A stretch of 54,752 nucleotides of DNA, filler included, from Bipalium vagum (taxonomy: Eukaryota): assembly GCA_037834085.1 (NCBI GenBank). It is 3 parts of 3 records of this genome, joined end to end, with 100 filler letters (N's around TTAATTAATTAA, not from the genome) between each part and the next. Parts side by side here need not be neighbours in the genome. Positions count along the whole stretch, not along the records: positions 1 to 15,572 come from JBBMKC010159205.1; positions 15,673 to 32,565 come from JBBMKC010081253.1; 1 more part is not named here. The stretch is one strand, 5' to 3'. The position numbers and the translations under genes are program-made. Below, piece by piece: positions 13,687 through 27,054 of the stretch. Within the stretch, counting starts at the first letter, position 1. Each line of letters starts with the position of its first letter. The notes below the pieces were generated by a model, which saw only the letters and a list, made by a program, of their open reading frames with translations, did no database searches and was not told the origin of the DNA.

Positions 13687-13861
13687 ATCTCTTCAATTCT
13701 TCTCAAACAAGCTGAGTGCTACTGAAACAGTTTTGGATTTGTGGGAAACTCAAAACCAATCAAGAAAATCTCTCACCGTCTTAATAGACTTTCTCAGAAA
13801 AATGGGTCGACTGGATTGCGTTGATTTATTGGAAAGGGAATTGTTGCAATACAACACTTGA
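13687..13861 (+). CDS. unc5: UNC5-type receptor terminal coding exon, second half of Death domain with stop codon
   Basis: Acceptor taacAG (13685-13686), phase 2 consistent with the previous exon. Translates RSLQFFSNKLSATETVLDLWETQNQSRKSLTVLIDFLRKMGRLDCVDLLERELLQYNT*, compared with 'YLNYFA.K.SPT.VILDLWEA......L..L...L.EMG'. TGA at 13859-13861; AATAAA at ~14188. Confidence 0.9.
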
Positions 13862-13925
13862 CATTTCTCGATATTTTTACTTCGAACAATATTTTAATCA
13901 TATCAGCATTTTCTTGTTTTCTATA

Positions 13926-13928
<3 letters not shown>

Positions 13929-13979
<51 letters not shown>
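13929..13979. repeat. (TTA)n microsatellite in putative unc5 3' UTR
   Basis: 17 TTA units; explains the poly-Leu ORF 13821..14024. Confidence 0.95.
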
Positions 13980-13983
<4 letters not shown>

Positions 13984-15503
13984 TTGTATTAGTTCTATCA
14001 TTAATTTTCACATTTTTAACTTAATGATTATTCTTAATAATAATCTTCTACATTACTTATTATTATTATTATTATCATTATTATTATTATCATTATTTCA
14101 AACGATGTTTGAGATTTCTTTTTATGAATAATTTAAGTCATTTTGATTTTCAAATCTGTGAAATTCTTACTTTCAATGGAAGAATACAATAAAAGTCCGG
14201 GACATTTATCGAAATAGAAAAGGATCCTCAAAAATATGTATCCAATTTTTAGAATAATTTTTAAAATTGAAATTTATTTTAACGATTTTGTCAATCGAAA
14301 TGTGTATGGGCCCTTCGAGAAAAACCAAATGGTTTGGTCTAAGATATTTCATTTAAATGATGATGAGTGAAACTTAATAATTGGAAAATCATGATATATT
14401 TTATATTTTGATATATATTTTGTATATAATTATTTGACAAATTTGTCTATTTTAAATTTTAAATATATATTTTGTTTATAGTGACTATTTTGTTTTAATT
14501 GTCAATAAAAGAGTAATCTTGAGTTTTTTTTATTTTAAAGTTTTTTTTATAATTAATTTTCAGTGAAATAAGTAAAAATGTCAATTAATTATAAAGTATT
14601 TTATTTTAAAAATTGAATATTTTCACCGTTGGTAAAGTTGTTTTAATGATATCAAAGTATTTAATGAGATATTGAAATGCAACTTTAATTAAATCTTATT
14701 AATTTCCACAGATTTAGAATTAGTAATTATTAAAAATTAACGTAAAGCATTAATAAGTATTAAAATAATAAACGGACAGATTATGATTTATAGATAAAAT
14801 ATTTATAGATTGGCACCGGTACATGGTGATTGTCCATTTACCTTTCATGTTGCCTGCGTGACAGGTGTACCAAGTCGCGCTTTTCTTTGGACTCTCCACA
14901 CTTAAACTGAGTAATACATTTATTAGAGCGACTAATATTTGTCGGGTGAGAATAATTACTAACCTGGTACGTTTCTTTGACCTGATATCATAACCACATA
15001 CAACCCAAAGATACGTAACCATACTTTATACCGAGAAGAATATCGTAATTTGATTTTATATTTTGACTATTGTTATTTTGTTTGCAAGTATAAATAAAGT
15101 CCATTATTATTTTCATATAAACGAAAAGATAGGTTAAAAGTTGTGGTTTTGTATTATAATTTACTTTTTGAATGAGCAGTTTTCCCGTCTAAAATCTTAT
15201 GTTGATTAACATAGATATGGTTGATTAAGGGGAATGAATGACCCATGAAATATTATTATTTTTGTTATTACCTTCAGGTTTTATAGTATAAAGATGAATA
15301 AATATGATTTTGAGAATGAATGAAATAAATGATGGAATAATGAAATTTACCTTTGGGAAACCAAAATGAGAAAGATTTAGACTACGAGATTCGATTTGTA
15401 AGATCCGGAAAACAATGAGTTATAATTATAGTAATAACAATAATTATTATAAATAATAATATTAAAAGTTAAAGAGATAATTAATAATTATAAATAATTG
15501 ATA

Positions 15504-15572
<69 letters not shown>
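15504..15572. repeat. (AAT)n microsatellite at contig end
   Basis: Perfect AAT run abutting an N gap. Confidence 0.95.
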
Positions 15573-15672
15573 NNNNNNNNNNNNNNNNNNNNNNNNNNNN
15601 NNNNNNNNNNNNNNNNTTAATTAATTAANNNNNNNNNNNNNNNNNNNNNNNNNNNNNNNNNNNNNNNNNNNN
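15573..15672. other. Artificial 100-bp scaffolding spacer (44 N + TTAATTAATTAA + 44 N)
   Basis: Exactly symmetric. The 12-mer puts TAA stops in all six frames, and an identical copy lies at 32566..32665. Confidence 0.92.
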
Positions 15673-16659
15673 AAATATTGTTTGATAATTAAATTTTATC
15701 AAATGTTTTGTTGGTTGCAATGCATTACATCAGTACTACATATAAATACTGTGTTTCATTTCATAAGTTTCTTTATCTTTTCTAAATCTAAGTTTTATTA
15801 TGAAAAAGGTGATCGTACGAATACTTTTTGCAATTACTGAATATATATTTAAAATATCTTATTAATTGTGTAAATAAATAATATAATTTAATCAGTTAAT
15901 ATTTATTTAATGTATTTATTTATTTATTATATATATTAATATAGGACTCCCATGGTTTGAAAAAATTTGTTGAAAATAACATTATTATTATTTGTATTGT
16001 ACCATAATAAATGACACTTCTTGTTGAAATGTTTCAACAGAGAGTTTTCATTTTTCAAGACAAAATTCACGAACAAAATTAAATTCATCGTTTTAACAGA
16101 CAGAGTCTGACGCTTGGCTATCATTTGAATCTCCCTTTTATACTATTCTACAGGCCTGGAGTAAAAAACCTAGCTAGTTCCTTGAAAGAGCTTCTTCATT
16201 ATCAAAGCATCCTTCTCGTAGAAAATCTGACAATGAGAGAAACAAATGAATGTCAGAAGCTGCTACATCTGGTGAGGACGGCAGATGTGGTTATAGTTAA
16301 ATTTTGTTATCCGCTTTTAAAAATTATCTTCAGATTGATTAAAGAAGCATATTTTTTGTCATAACTTCATTCAATCTCTTCAATTGTGCTGAATAAATGT
16401 CCGAATTTAAACTATTATCACCTGACAGAAGCTCAAAGCAGGGTTTTAATAAACGGACATGACCTTTTTACCAAACCGAAATATATTAGGACAAGAAAAA
16501 TGTGGCTCATATGTAGATAACCATTGATATTTTCTGTTTGATTTATTAAATAATACCCACTTTTCAACCATGGCCACAGTCCTTTTAAGAGAGTGGTCGT
16601 CCAATAGGTTCTTTAAGAATGATTTATAAATTTAAAGTCGATTATTTCATATAGGTCGA

Positions 16660-16858
16660 TTTGAGGAGCTCTATATTTTTGCCAATAGAATGAGGATTTC
16701 ATTGTATGGTAGACTTAGAGGAACCAAATTCAGCAACTAATTGACAGATTGACTGAGACAAATGGGATTCAAGAGTTCTTCCCAGTCATCTTCATCAAAC
16801 ACGGATACCCATCCGTAGTCGGGTCGACGTTGGATGTGGTGTCACCCGATTTGCAAAC
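16660..16858 (-). mobile_element. Mariner N-terminal HTH fragment
   Basis: Frameshifted pieces KSGDT...SVFDEDD.EELL...QLVAEFGSSKSTIQ*NPHSIGK match mariner 'KSGD...RPS.FD.D.L......ELAAELGVS.STI..HLH.IGK'. Confidence 0.6.
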
Positions 16859-19149
16859 CTGCATATTTTGAGAACCTCACAATTATTGACTATAACTTTT
16901 CATTACAAAGAAATCAAAAATAAAATTGATTATATCTATTTTTAATAAAGATTTGATAAAATAAAAAACAGTTTTTAGAAAAATTATTCGTATAACAAAT
17001 TAATTTCAAGAAGAGATTTATTTACAAAGGAAACAGTATGAAGACGTTTTATTTTCAGGCAAATTTTAAGAAAAATCAATTAAATAATAGTAATTTATTA
17101 TTTTATAAAAATTATATTATTAAATTTTCAATTTCACTATAATAATAGCTTTTCCCTAAGATTAATTTTATGAATGAATCGAGAATATCACTTAACAGTG
17201 AACTTAATTAATCTTGGAATCTTAACTAATATAATTATTAAATAATTATAAAATGCTAATATTATTAATGAGAAAAAATTTGACTTCAAAGCCCGTCCGG
17301 TAATTTGACAGTTGGGTTACTAAAAAACCCAAGTTGAAAAAATTCCAATGGTGATACAAATTTTTTTCTAAAATAAAAATAAAGGCAAAATTTGAATAAA
17401 AATTAATAATATATTTATTAATTTGAATACTTTTTCATAGTAAATATAAATTTTCAAATTATTACATACAATAAAGATTACTTGTTTTTAGTTTTATTTT
17501 AGTTAACTCAATGTTTTCTATTTTATTTACAAATTTTCTCTTTATTTAAAAAAATATCTGGGAATTGTTTTTTTTTATTAAATAAAAATACTAATAAATA
17601 TTTTTTAACATATTTATTTATTTTTTTTATATATTTATATATTTATAATATTTTTTACATATTTAAGTAAATAATCAATTATCGTTAAATTCCATTTTAT
17701 TTTAACATATTTTAAAAATCGCTAAATCGATCCCTTAGTTTATGATATGGTATAATTTTATAGATTTTAAGATCAAAAGATTTTTTAATATTTTACCAAA
17801 TAGATAAACAAATTAATTAATTTCAATCAAATTTTCCTCAAATTTATGGTTCGAAAATAAAGTGAAAATTAATAAAAAATTAATATTAAAATGTAAAATC
17901 AATAATATAATTTTTAATTCGGAAATATATATTTTACGTCCAGATATTGAAAATTCAAAATTTTTTAGTCTTATCATTACATTTTTAAGAATAGTTAGAA
18001 GGATCTAAAGACTTAAAAATGTTTTAACAGTTTAAGTACAGTAAGAAAAAAATAAGCATTTATTTTGTATCACAATAAGATTTTTCTTCGTTATTTTTTT
18101 GTTAAGAGTTAAAAAAATCATTCTTAAGGGTTAAATTAATTCAAAAGATATTTTACTTTAGAGTTAAAATTTTTTTTAATAAATCATGGAAAATTACTAA
18201 AATTTAAGAGAGCTTAAGAAAAAAAATGTATATACAGAAAAGAAAAAGGTTGTAATTAAAATAATAAAATCAATAATTTGTATTTGTTATATATTATTTT
18301 TTACTTGTAGATAGATAAAGAAAATATAAGTTTAGTCAAGCGATGTGTATGATAGTATATAAGGATTAAAAGGAAAAGTTAAAGGAGCGGAGTTTTGTAA
18401 TTTGGAGACAGGAGAAGACTAAAATCACATGACTGAGTTATTGCTGATATCAACGAATGAGTGGCCAATTTTTGAATGTTGAACTCTCTCAGTCATCTTT
18501 TTCTTAATACCGCTTCGTTCTTGAGATCCCATGATCCGATGCATCAGACGTACGATCAAGTCCGGACGAAGTTATCCATTTCAACATGATATACAGTCTC
18601 TTAGAGATCTATACATATATAAAATGAGAGAACATGGTTATGTTTTGCAGATGGGTGAAATGGTTTTAAAAGGCAGTGGTTCGGAACGTGTTCCGCATTG
18701 ATGACACATGATTTCTTTTCCTTGTTCCACATAAAAGATTTTATATCTCAGCCCCAGGCTATTTTTCCGTGTCTTTTGACACTCGTGAATATACCAAGCA
18801 GCAAAGTATAATTTTATCAATGTTCTAAAAGTCTGGATCATGATGATGAAACTTTAGTTTTGTATGATTATTAAAAAGATAATTTTTATTTTAATGCCTT
18901 AAGATGATTCTGATATTATTAATGTAGACTATAAAATAAAACAATTCCTTGATAATATTAATATACGGAAATTTCAATAATGGTGAGATTAATAAATTTA
19001 CAAAACATAATAATAAGCGCATACCCGGGGTTTATTATGAATGTAAACAAACTTTCATTTCAAATATTTTAATAAACGACAAAGATATGAAGTCGGCCAC
19101 ACTTTTATGGAATGACTTTCATTTAAAGAAATTATAACATTTAATTATA

Positions 19150-20208
19150 CATGACGCCCGCTTATAGTTAACGAATGTTTTAATTGAGACATTACATTTA
19201 GGCATGCTAACGGGCACATTCAAATTTTTATCTCTCTATAGGCATGATTGATTCTGTCCTCTAGCTCAATGAATGTAAATGCTTTAGATACCATCACAAG
19301 AAGTTTAACTGAATTTTATTTGATGAACGAAGAGAAGACTCGATTTTCAAACCAGAAATTTGAATACTTTCTAACCATCCAATTTCTGATCATATGTAAA
19401 TAGTGTAGTACTGCCGCATCTTGTTTTAAATACTTATGATTCTTTGTTACTCTAGACCATAAACAGTCGTTCAGCATTTTAATGTATAATTCGAAAGTTA
19501 TCATATCTTTAAAAAGGTATGACCTAGTAACATCATCTCAAGTTAAACCGCACTAAACTGTTACTCCAAGCTTAGACTTACGAAAAAGAATTGTTTTATT
19601 AGAGTAAAAGTAGATTCAATAGCAACAATTATGGTAGTTAATCATTCTGTTTATGTTAATTTCGTAAGATCATAATATTATTAACCAATAAAGAATTATT
19701 TTTGAATTTGATAAATAGTGTTGCACAAAACTCCATTCTTTGATCAATTTATCTCGCTGAGCTCAAGTAAGAAGGTCGATTTATTAAATTACATTGTAGT
19801 AACTATGGAATAAAAAAATTTCTTTAAATTTTCAACCATTTCTTGAGCTCTGAATACTTCTTTTTTTTAAATTGAACGATATCGATCAGATTTTATTTTT
19901 ACATGCGCATTGCCAGTGTTATAAACTTTCCAAATATTTTTTTTCATTTGGCTACTTGGTTTTATAATGAGAAACTAACTACCACCTGATTAGTTCCTGA
20001 AATTTTTCAAATTTGGCATTTCACAGAACAATTTGAATATTTCCTCCATCGAAAAACAAAGAACCAAATATTTTAAAATTATTTAAGTTAATTATTAAAC
20101 TTTTAATAAGCTTTTTTAATTTTGTGAATAAACAAATTATAATTATCTAAATTGTACCAATTGTTATTTCAAAAGAAAGTATGTTAACATACATAATAAA
20201 CATTCTGT
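19150..20208 (-). mobile_element. Decayed Tc1/mariner-superfamily element
   Basis: KQDAAVLHYLHMIRNWM..KYSNFWF resembles QQDGAP.H....VR.WL...F...W. The ends show only weak inverted similarity, so the boundaries are approximate. Confidence 0.55.
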
Positions 20209-23200
20209 ATTTGAATTAATACAAGATTCACTTTTCTCCATAAAGTTGGTATTTAAAATTTAAAATTGGGTCTTTCTAAGATATTTTTTTATTTATCCGA
20301 CATCGTTTGTTTTATTTTTTGAATATATTTATTTCTTCAACTTAAGATTCATTGCATCAGAGGCCAAATTGGTTTAATTTTCAACGACTAATTGATTTTT
20401 TGCTGATTTGCTGATTATTTCGATTATATATTTCTTACAGTTTATAAAAATTTTTTAATAGGTCTAATAAACTTTGATAATTTTAGAGGTCAGAATTTAA
20501 CACAGCATATCTTTCATCAAAGTTTTTTGAAATATACCTTTTTTATTTTTCCTCATTTCAAAGAAGTATCAGCTGAAAATTTTATGATTTCTTGGTGTGT
20601 ATTTCGCACCATGCTTCATTGTCGATTAATAAGTTCTTAAAAATCATGTTTCTATGAAGAGGTCTAATTTTTCAGAATCAGTATACTTATTTTCACCATT
20701 TTATCATAATCTTATTCCAATTAAATATCAGGATCAGTAAATTTATAAGTTTGATTAACTTTATAATTAATTATACTTTAATAGTGTAATTTAAATATTA
20801 TTTTTATATTATTATTAATATTATAACATTATTATTAAATATTATTAACATTAAATATTTATTTTTGAAATCACTCTTGATTATTAAACTTTTTTATAAT
20901 TTTGTAATGTTTTCTTTAGTATTTTAACTTTTAATGTTTTCCTTTTTAAAATATATTTCAACCAAAACCTTTTATAAATAATTTTTAAAATATCCTTAAT
21001 ACAAAGTTTTATTTATTTATATGGAAGAATAAATAAAAACTTCAAAAATTTTTACTTAATTGTCTAAAATTTTAAGAAAAATATTAAAAACGGAAAAAAT
21101 GTAACAAACTTGGATCGAATCCAAAATTGTTTCTTTTCCAAATACATCATAGAAAAATTTTTCTTAATAAAAAAAGATGATACAATGTACAAAAATCAGT
21201 GAATTTTAAACAAAAGTTCATGAATAATAATATAATTAAAATAAATTAATAAGAGAAAGAAATCAGAATAAATAATTATCCGAAAAAAGATTACGTGTGT
21301 CTACTACATTATCAAAGTGTTTTTTACATTGACTTTCCCACAATAATGAGTCAGAATTTTATTGAAATATTATATTATATTATTAGATATAATTAATTTC
21401 TAAATTGAAGAATACAGCTTGATTTTAATAATGTTAAATAATGTAATCTATAATATTAAATTTATATAATTAAAACAAAGATATTTATAAACAGGAAATT
21501 TTAAATATATAATTTATAAGAAAAATTATTGAATAATGATTTTTAAAGCATTTTTCTTTTTTTAATTCTTTAACTATTTTTTATGATTGTATAAAATTTT
21601 TCAAATTTGAAATTTTAGAAAATGAAAATTATTCTAATGATGATTAAAACAAAGTTAGAAATACCGTTAAATATTCCACAATTTCTAAAACTTTAGAAGT
21701 GAAAAGTCTAACAATTTTGTCATTATTCACCTGAAAGGAAAGCAGTCTATGAAAAATGTATATTTGTCTTGGAAAAATGATTGTGAATAAAAAATAAAAA
21801 TAAATTTATCAATGAGTGCTATGATTGATAGCTGGACAGAAGTCACATCACTTGCGCTCTGAGTGGTGATGTGATTTAGATGGCCACGCCGTTTTTTTAT
21901 TTTCCCTGATTTGATACTTAAGATTGGTACGAGATATGTAGGGGATGATGCAGTGGAGAAATATTAGGTCAATCGAGTCTAGGGACAATAGAACTATCAA
22001 ATAACAGTACGAATAACGAGTTCTGATGGAATATCCACTTTCGAAAAATTCCCAGAACTAATTAATTTAGTGATAAAAATAAATAAAAATTCTTTATAAT
22101 TGTTAACACCCGACATTTCTCTTTTAAATGGTCACATAATGATTTCAAGTCCAATCATATAATCATCATATTGTTTATGCTATTTAATGGGTTTCTTTAT
22201 AAAAACTGTTATTTTGTTTAAATGAGATTTTTAAAAACATTATAAATCATTTATTAATTATTTTCAAAATTCATCCAGTAATTTTTGAATGATTTAATTT
22301 TTTTATTTATATTATAGGGAAAAATATCATAGTATAATACCATAAGGATTTGCTTTGAGATTTTGTAAATTAAATTATTATGNNNNNNNNNNNNNNNNNN
22401 NNNNNNNNNNNNNNNNNNNNNNNNNNNNNNNNNNNNNNNNNNNNNNNNNNNNNNNNNNNNNNNNNNNNNNNNNNNNNNNNNNNNNNNNNNNNNNNNNNNN
22501 NNNNNNNNNNNNNNTAAATAGAAAATTAGAAGATTTTTAAAGTGTAACTTTCCATTGAAAAAAGGATAAAAAAATTACTATATATCTAAACTTACAAAAG
22601 ATAAAATAATACTTTTTATAATCGTTTTTGAAAAAAGCTTTTCATTTTTATTGGTGAAATAATAAATACTTAAAGGTAAGAATTATGTAATGAAAAATTA
22701 GCGCAAATGATGTATAATGACTATAAAAAATAATATAAAATAATATGAATAATATTTTAATGTTGAGCAAACTCTGAAAATCTGAAAAAGAACTGTTCGA
22801 TAAAATAAACTATATTATTGAAAAATTTAATAAATAATAAAGATTTTTGCTAAAATAAAGTAATTTTTAATAATTTTTTCTTAATGACATTTTTGTGAAA
22901 ATTGCTCCAAAAAAATCCAAAAATAATTTCCCTGTTTGAAAAATTGGAATTATCGAATTGATTATTTCTGTCGAATTGTAAAGTGAAATTGATATGAAAT
23001 ATGTTTCATCTAAAAAGAAATAAACATCATTGAGATAAATAAAAATAATAGTAGAACATTATTGCCAGCGTCCTTCTTGAAAAGCAAAATTGAAAGTTTA
23101 TCTTTAAATTAATTACTACCCCACGTGTATGAATCATAAATGGTAATGAATAAACTGTCTCCTAAGGCCAATATAAATACTTTTTAATTAATTAAATTAA

Positions 23201-24241
23201 ATTTTTTGCAATTTTTCTCTATGTAACGTTGAATGGATAAAAATTTTCATAAATAAATTTGAAATATGCTTTTATTTGCGCATCATTGACGTTGTTTTAT
23301 ATCGGTCTGAACAATTCCATGTCACAAGACGTAAATCTCAACGGTGATTTCAATGAGAAAATAATAAAAAGAAATGAAGAGGAAAACATAATATAATATG
23401 AAATATTTTATTTCTCCATTGGAATTATGTTACGTATGTGTTAGCAGAAATGTGTACTGTTTCACCTGAAAAGATCATCAAAACTGTTAAAAATAAAATA
23501 AGTGTCCTTAACTCTACAAATAATGTTTTGATACACAGACAGAAGGGAGACTGTTCAGAAGTGCATGAAATTCAGTGACTACATTTCTCTGAAAGTGAAT
23601 CTCTGTACACGGTTTTTTTTCAATTGAAAATCTTTTCACATTTTATCTCCATTTTGAAGAAATCATAAAATTTTTTTGTACAGCAGGAATTTATTAAAAA
23701 AAATATTGATAATTTTGACATTTTTCAACAATAAAAATAAAATTCGTAAAATATTTATATTAATCGAAATAACTGTCACAATTATGGACACATGGAAAAT
23801 TATTAAACAAAACCCACAAAATTTTCATGGTAAAAAAGAATTTATTCACATGAATATAATTATCATCCATTATTATCATCGTTTTGTAGGAGAATAAATC
23901 AACAGAATTTGACAGTTTTTCATACCAAGTGAATCCGAGTTTAAAATATTTTTGATCTGAATAAACTTTTTAATATGGTTCTTGTCAAAGAATGCTTTCA
24001 ATCATTTTTTATATAGATTAAAAAAGAACGTAATATTTTAGATGATGTTCTTTAACTAATCCGTAGGTGTTTTGAAAATAACTGAAACTAAAAGAAAAAA
24101 TATAACAATAATTGAATAACTCACTCCATTGAATCTTAGATTGATTTGTTAATTTCTTTGGATATCAATTTTACAGTTTACTAAATTGATCAAAATAATA
24201 TTTTTCTAAATTAAGTACAATAATAAGAAAAATAAATAATG

Positions 24242-24308
<67 letters not shown>
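24242..24308. repeat. (AAT)n microsatellite
   Basis: AAT run with one GAT interruption. Confidence 0.95.
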
Positions 24309-24310
<2 letters not shown>

Positions 24311-24429
24311 CTTTAATTAGTGTGGTTAATATATAAAATGATAAAGACGTTTTACATTCTGCAATTTTGTTTTAGTCCAGATTTATAATAATAAAAGAAT
24401 ATTTTTCAATTTAATTCAGTCTGGTAGTG

Positions 24430-25335
24430 TATAGGGACCGACAGAAATAATTTTTTTCTGCGTCAATGAAATACTATCAAAATTTAATAAAAATACAATT
24501 TGAAACATTTATTTGTGAAAATCGCATGTACAATTATACTAAGTGTTAGTAGTTATCTGTCAGCGTTTATGGATCCACCGTCGTGAAGAATTTCAAAATA
24601 CATGAGTGATTTGGCAAAGTTGCTTTCAACAATAATCAGAACTTTGCGATCAAATATTGTCCGCCTAGGAATAGTTGGATGATTACCTGTGATATCCACC
24701 CAAAAACGGTTAAATTCTTTTTGAGGTAAGTCTCGAAGGTGAATCAAATTTTCATCGATCACAATGATGTTCTCCTTCAACCTTCTTGCTAAATAAATAT
24801 TAAATATTTCTTGAGAAGAAGTGACTCTGATTCTTTTGTTGAGGAACCTATATGGTACAAAGTTACTTATTTTCCATTTCTTCTTGCAATATACGGTGAA
24901 CACTCCTTTCTTCAATGTCAGTGACTCTTGAAATAGCTAAACAAATCAGGTGGCAATCTTCAATAATTTCATTTTCAAGTATGACATTCTCTTCTTGGTC
25001 TTCCTACACCTCTCTCTCTAAAAGTGTTCGTTGTTCTCCTGTAAACTCTTTGGTAATCTGCTGTACTCTCCGAAGGTTGATGACTTTCTCTGCTCCCCAA
25101 CTTACAGCAAGAAATTTGTGGATTTCAATAGCCGATAAGTTAATTTCATGTTAAACATGCAACGAAAAAATTTATGTTGCATTGCTTTCACTTCATATTT
25201 TAGACTAAATTGACCAGCTAACTGTAATCGATTTATTTAAATTTAAATCTTAAACTTACCAGTCTTGTTAATTATTACCTTTAAAAATTTACCAAACAAA
25301 TGAGAATTTTCAATTTATTTTCGGCTTTGTTATAT
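24430..25335 (-). mobile_element. Truncated mariner-like element (N-terminal HTH through first catalytic D)
   Basis: SAIEIHKFLAVSWG...RRVQQITKEF (HTH), SVHRILQEE, FVPY (WVPH-like), IVIDENLI (ITGDE.W-like), KVLII and SINADR. The C-terminal catalytic half is missing and the TIRs are degenerate. Confidence 0.7.
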
Positions 25336-25802
25336 TCGAGCTATCAAAAAAATAAATGTTTAATAAAATACAGAATAAGGTTCCATTAGGGATTTGGAAA
25401 TCGTTTATGTAAATAATAATAATATGGAATTATTCTATACTAAAACATACAAAAAGTTAAAAATGGTCTTATAAATGTAAAGATTCAAACAGGTCGGATA
25501 AGATGTTACCCAACACCAATCATTAAAATATAGTCACCATGTCGTCGCTCATTGATAATAGACAACCATTTAACCAAATAAATTAATGGAAATTAATTAA
25601 ATTAATTAATCTTACAGCCTAATCAACCCAAGTATATTGTGTAATAGTAAAAATTGTGTGTAGTAAAGGAAGAAGTTTAAAAAAATTGATGTAAAACATT
25701 TCAAAAAACTGGTTCATTTTTACAAAAAGTTAGAAAATTTAAAAGCAAATTATATTAAGTTAAGCTTCATATTTTTTCTTTAACTTAAAACGGAGACAAA
25801 TA

Positions 25803-27054
25803 ACGGGTGTTCAGTATATAATGATACTCGTGTTAAATTTCAAAAATTTTAAATAAATTGAACTTAAAATATTTAAAATAAAAGAAAATGTCTAGAATAA
25901 ATTTATTTTTGAATATCAAAAAATATATTCACCGTTACCTTTCCACATGCGATACAATAGACGGTACCAGGATTTACAACTTTCCACAATTGTATCCTTG
26001 TCAATTTTGTTCACTGTGATCTTCAGTTCGCTGATTAATTTCTTTTTGGATGTTATTTGATTCCATTTGATGCTCCGAACAAAACCATTCCAAACGCAAT
26101 AATCCAAAGGATTTAAGTCCAGTGAATTAGAAGGTCAACGATTTTTAGGAAAAAAATTTGGAAAAATTTTGGAACACCATTCAATTGATTTTTCGTACCA
26201 TATGACACGTCGCACCATCTTGTTGATATGTCCACTTATTCCCAAAAACCTTTTTTCAATATTTCTTTGCCACTGGCAATATTTTTTAATTATAAACGTC
26301 TTGATTAATTGTTCCTTTTTCAATAAATACGATTGGACTGCAACTTTTAGAACATACAGCCAACGAAACCATTACTCTTTGAGAAAATTTCCGTTTCTGA
26401 TTAATGTCACCTTAATGTCAGCATTAACACGAGTAACTACAACTGTTCTGTCATTTTGGACATTCTAGACTTCGTTTATATGGAAAAAGTATCCTTTTGT
26501 ATCTTCATTTTTGAAATTATGGTTCACTCAATTTTAAAATCCAATTCTAGTTTTAAATTCTTCATAGTCAACAGGGGTTGTTTTCGACTTTAACTGTAGA
26601 TTTTTTTTCGATATGCATTGAACTGATCAAATTGTTATTATAGTTTTGATAGCCAGTTTTTTAGGGTCACTATTTTTCCCATTGATCAATCGTTTTACAT
26701 TTTGTATCGCTCTAACTGTTCTAGCATCTTTTTTTCTTCCTGGTGACTTCAGATCAATAGAACCATTTTCCATGATCATTTTGGATCATCGTTTGATGGT
26801 TGGGAGTGAAAGGACTCCTTCTAATGCTTGGTATATTTCCAAGGAGGTATTTCCATTTTTCTGATTGGAAAAAAGAATATTTTGTATTTCCAACGATTTC
26901 ATCTCTAAAATTCTATAAAATTAAAAATAATGTTTTGTTTACATGTACTATATGGCAAGCCTTTCAGTTAATCCTCTTTAGATTTTGATAAAATATAATT
27001 ATTTGGTTTTACCAGACATAAAAAGGACAGTATCATTATATGTTGAACACCCGT
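25803..27054 (-). mobile_element. Full-length but inactivated DD37D (maT-like) transposon, 1252 bp, with TIRs and TA TSDs
   Basis: Left TA|acgggtgttcagtatataatgatact and right reverse complement TA|acgggtgttcaacatataatgatact differ at 2 positions. Transposase remnant YQQDGATCH...WCSKIFPNFFPKNR*PSNSLDLNPLDYCVW has 37 residues between the 2nd and 3rd D after correcting one frameshift. Confidence 0.92.

Noticed and set aside
13821-14024. Poly-Leu 'transmembrane' ORF
   Set aside because: Translation of the (TTA)n microsatellite in the 3' UTR.
21944-22026. Possible C/D snoRNA (gatgatg...ctga)
   Set aside because: Imperfect C box, no terminal stem, no host gene and no recognisable guide.
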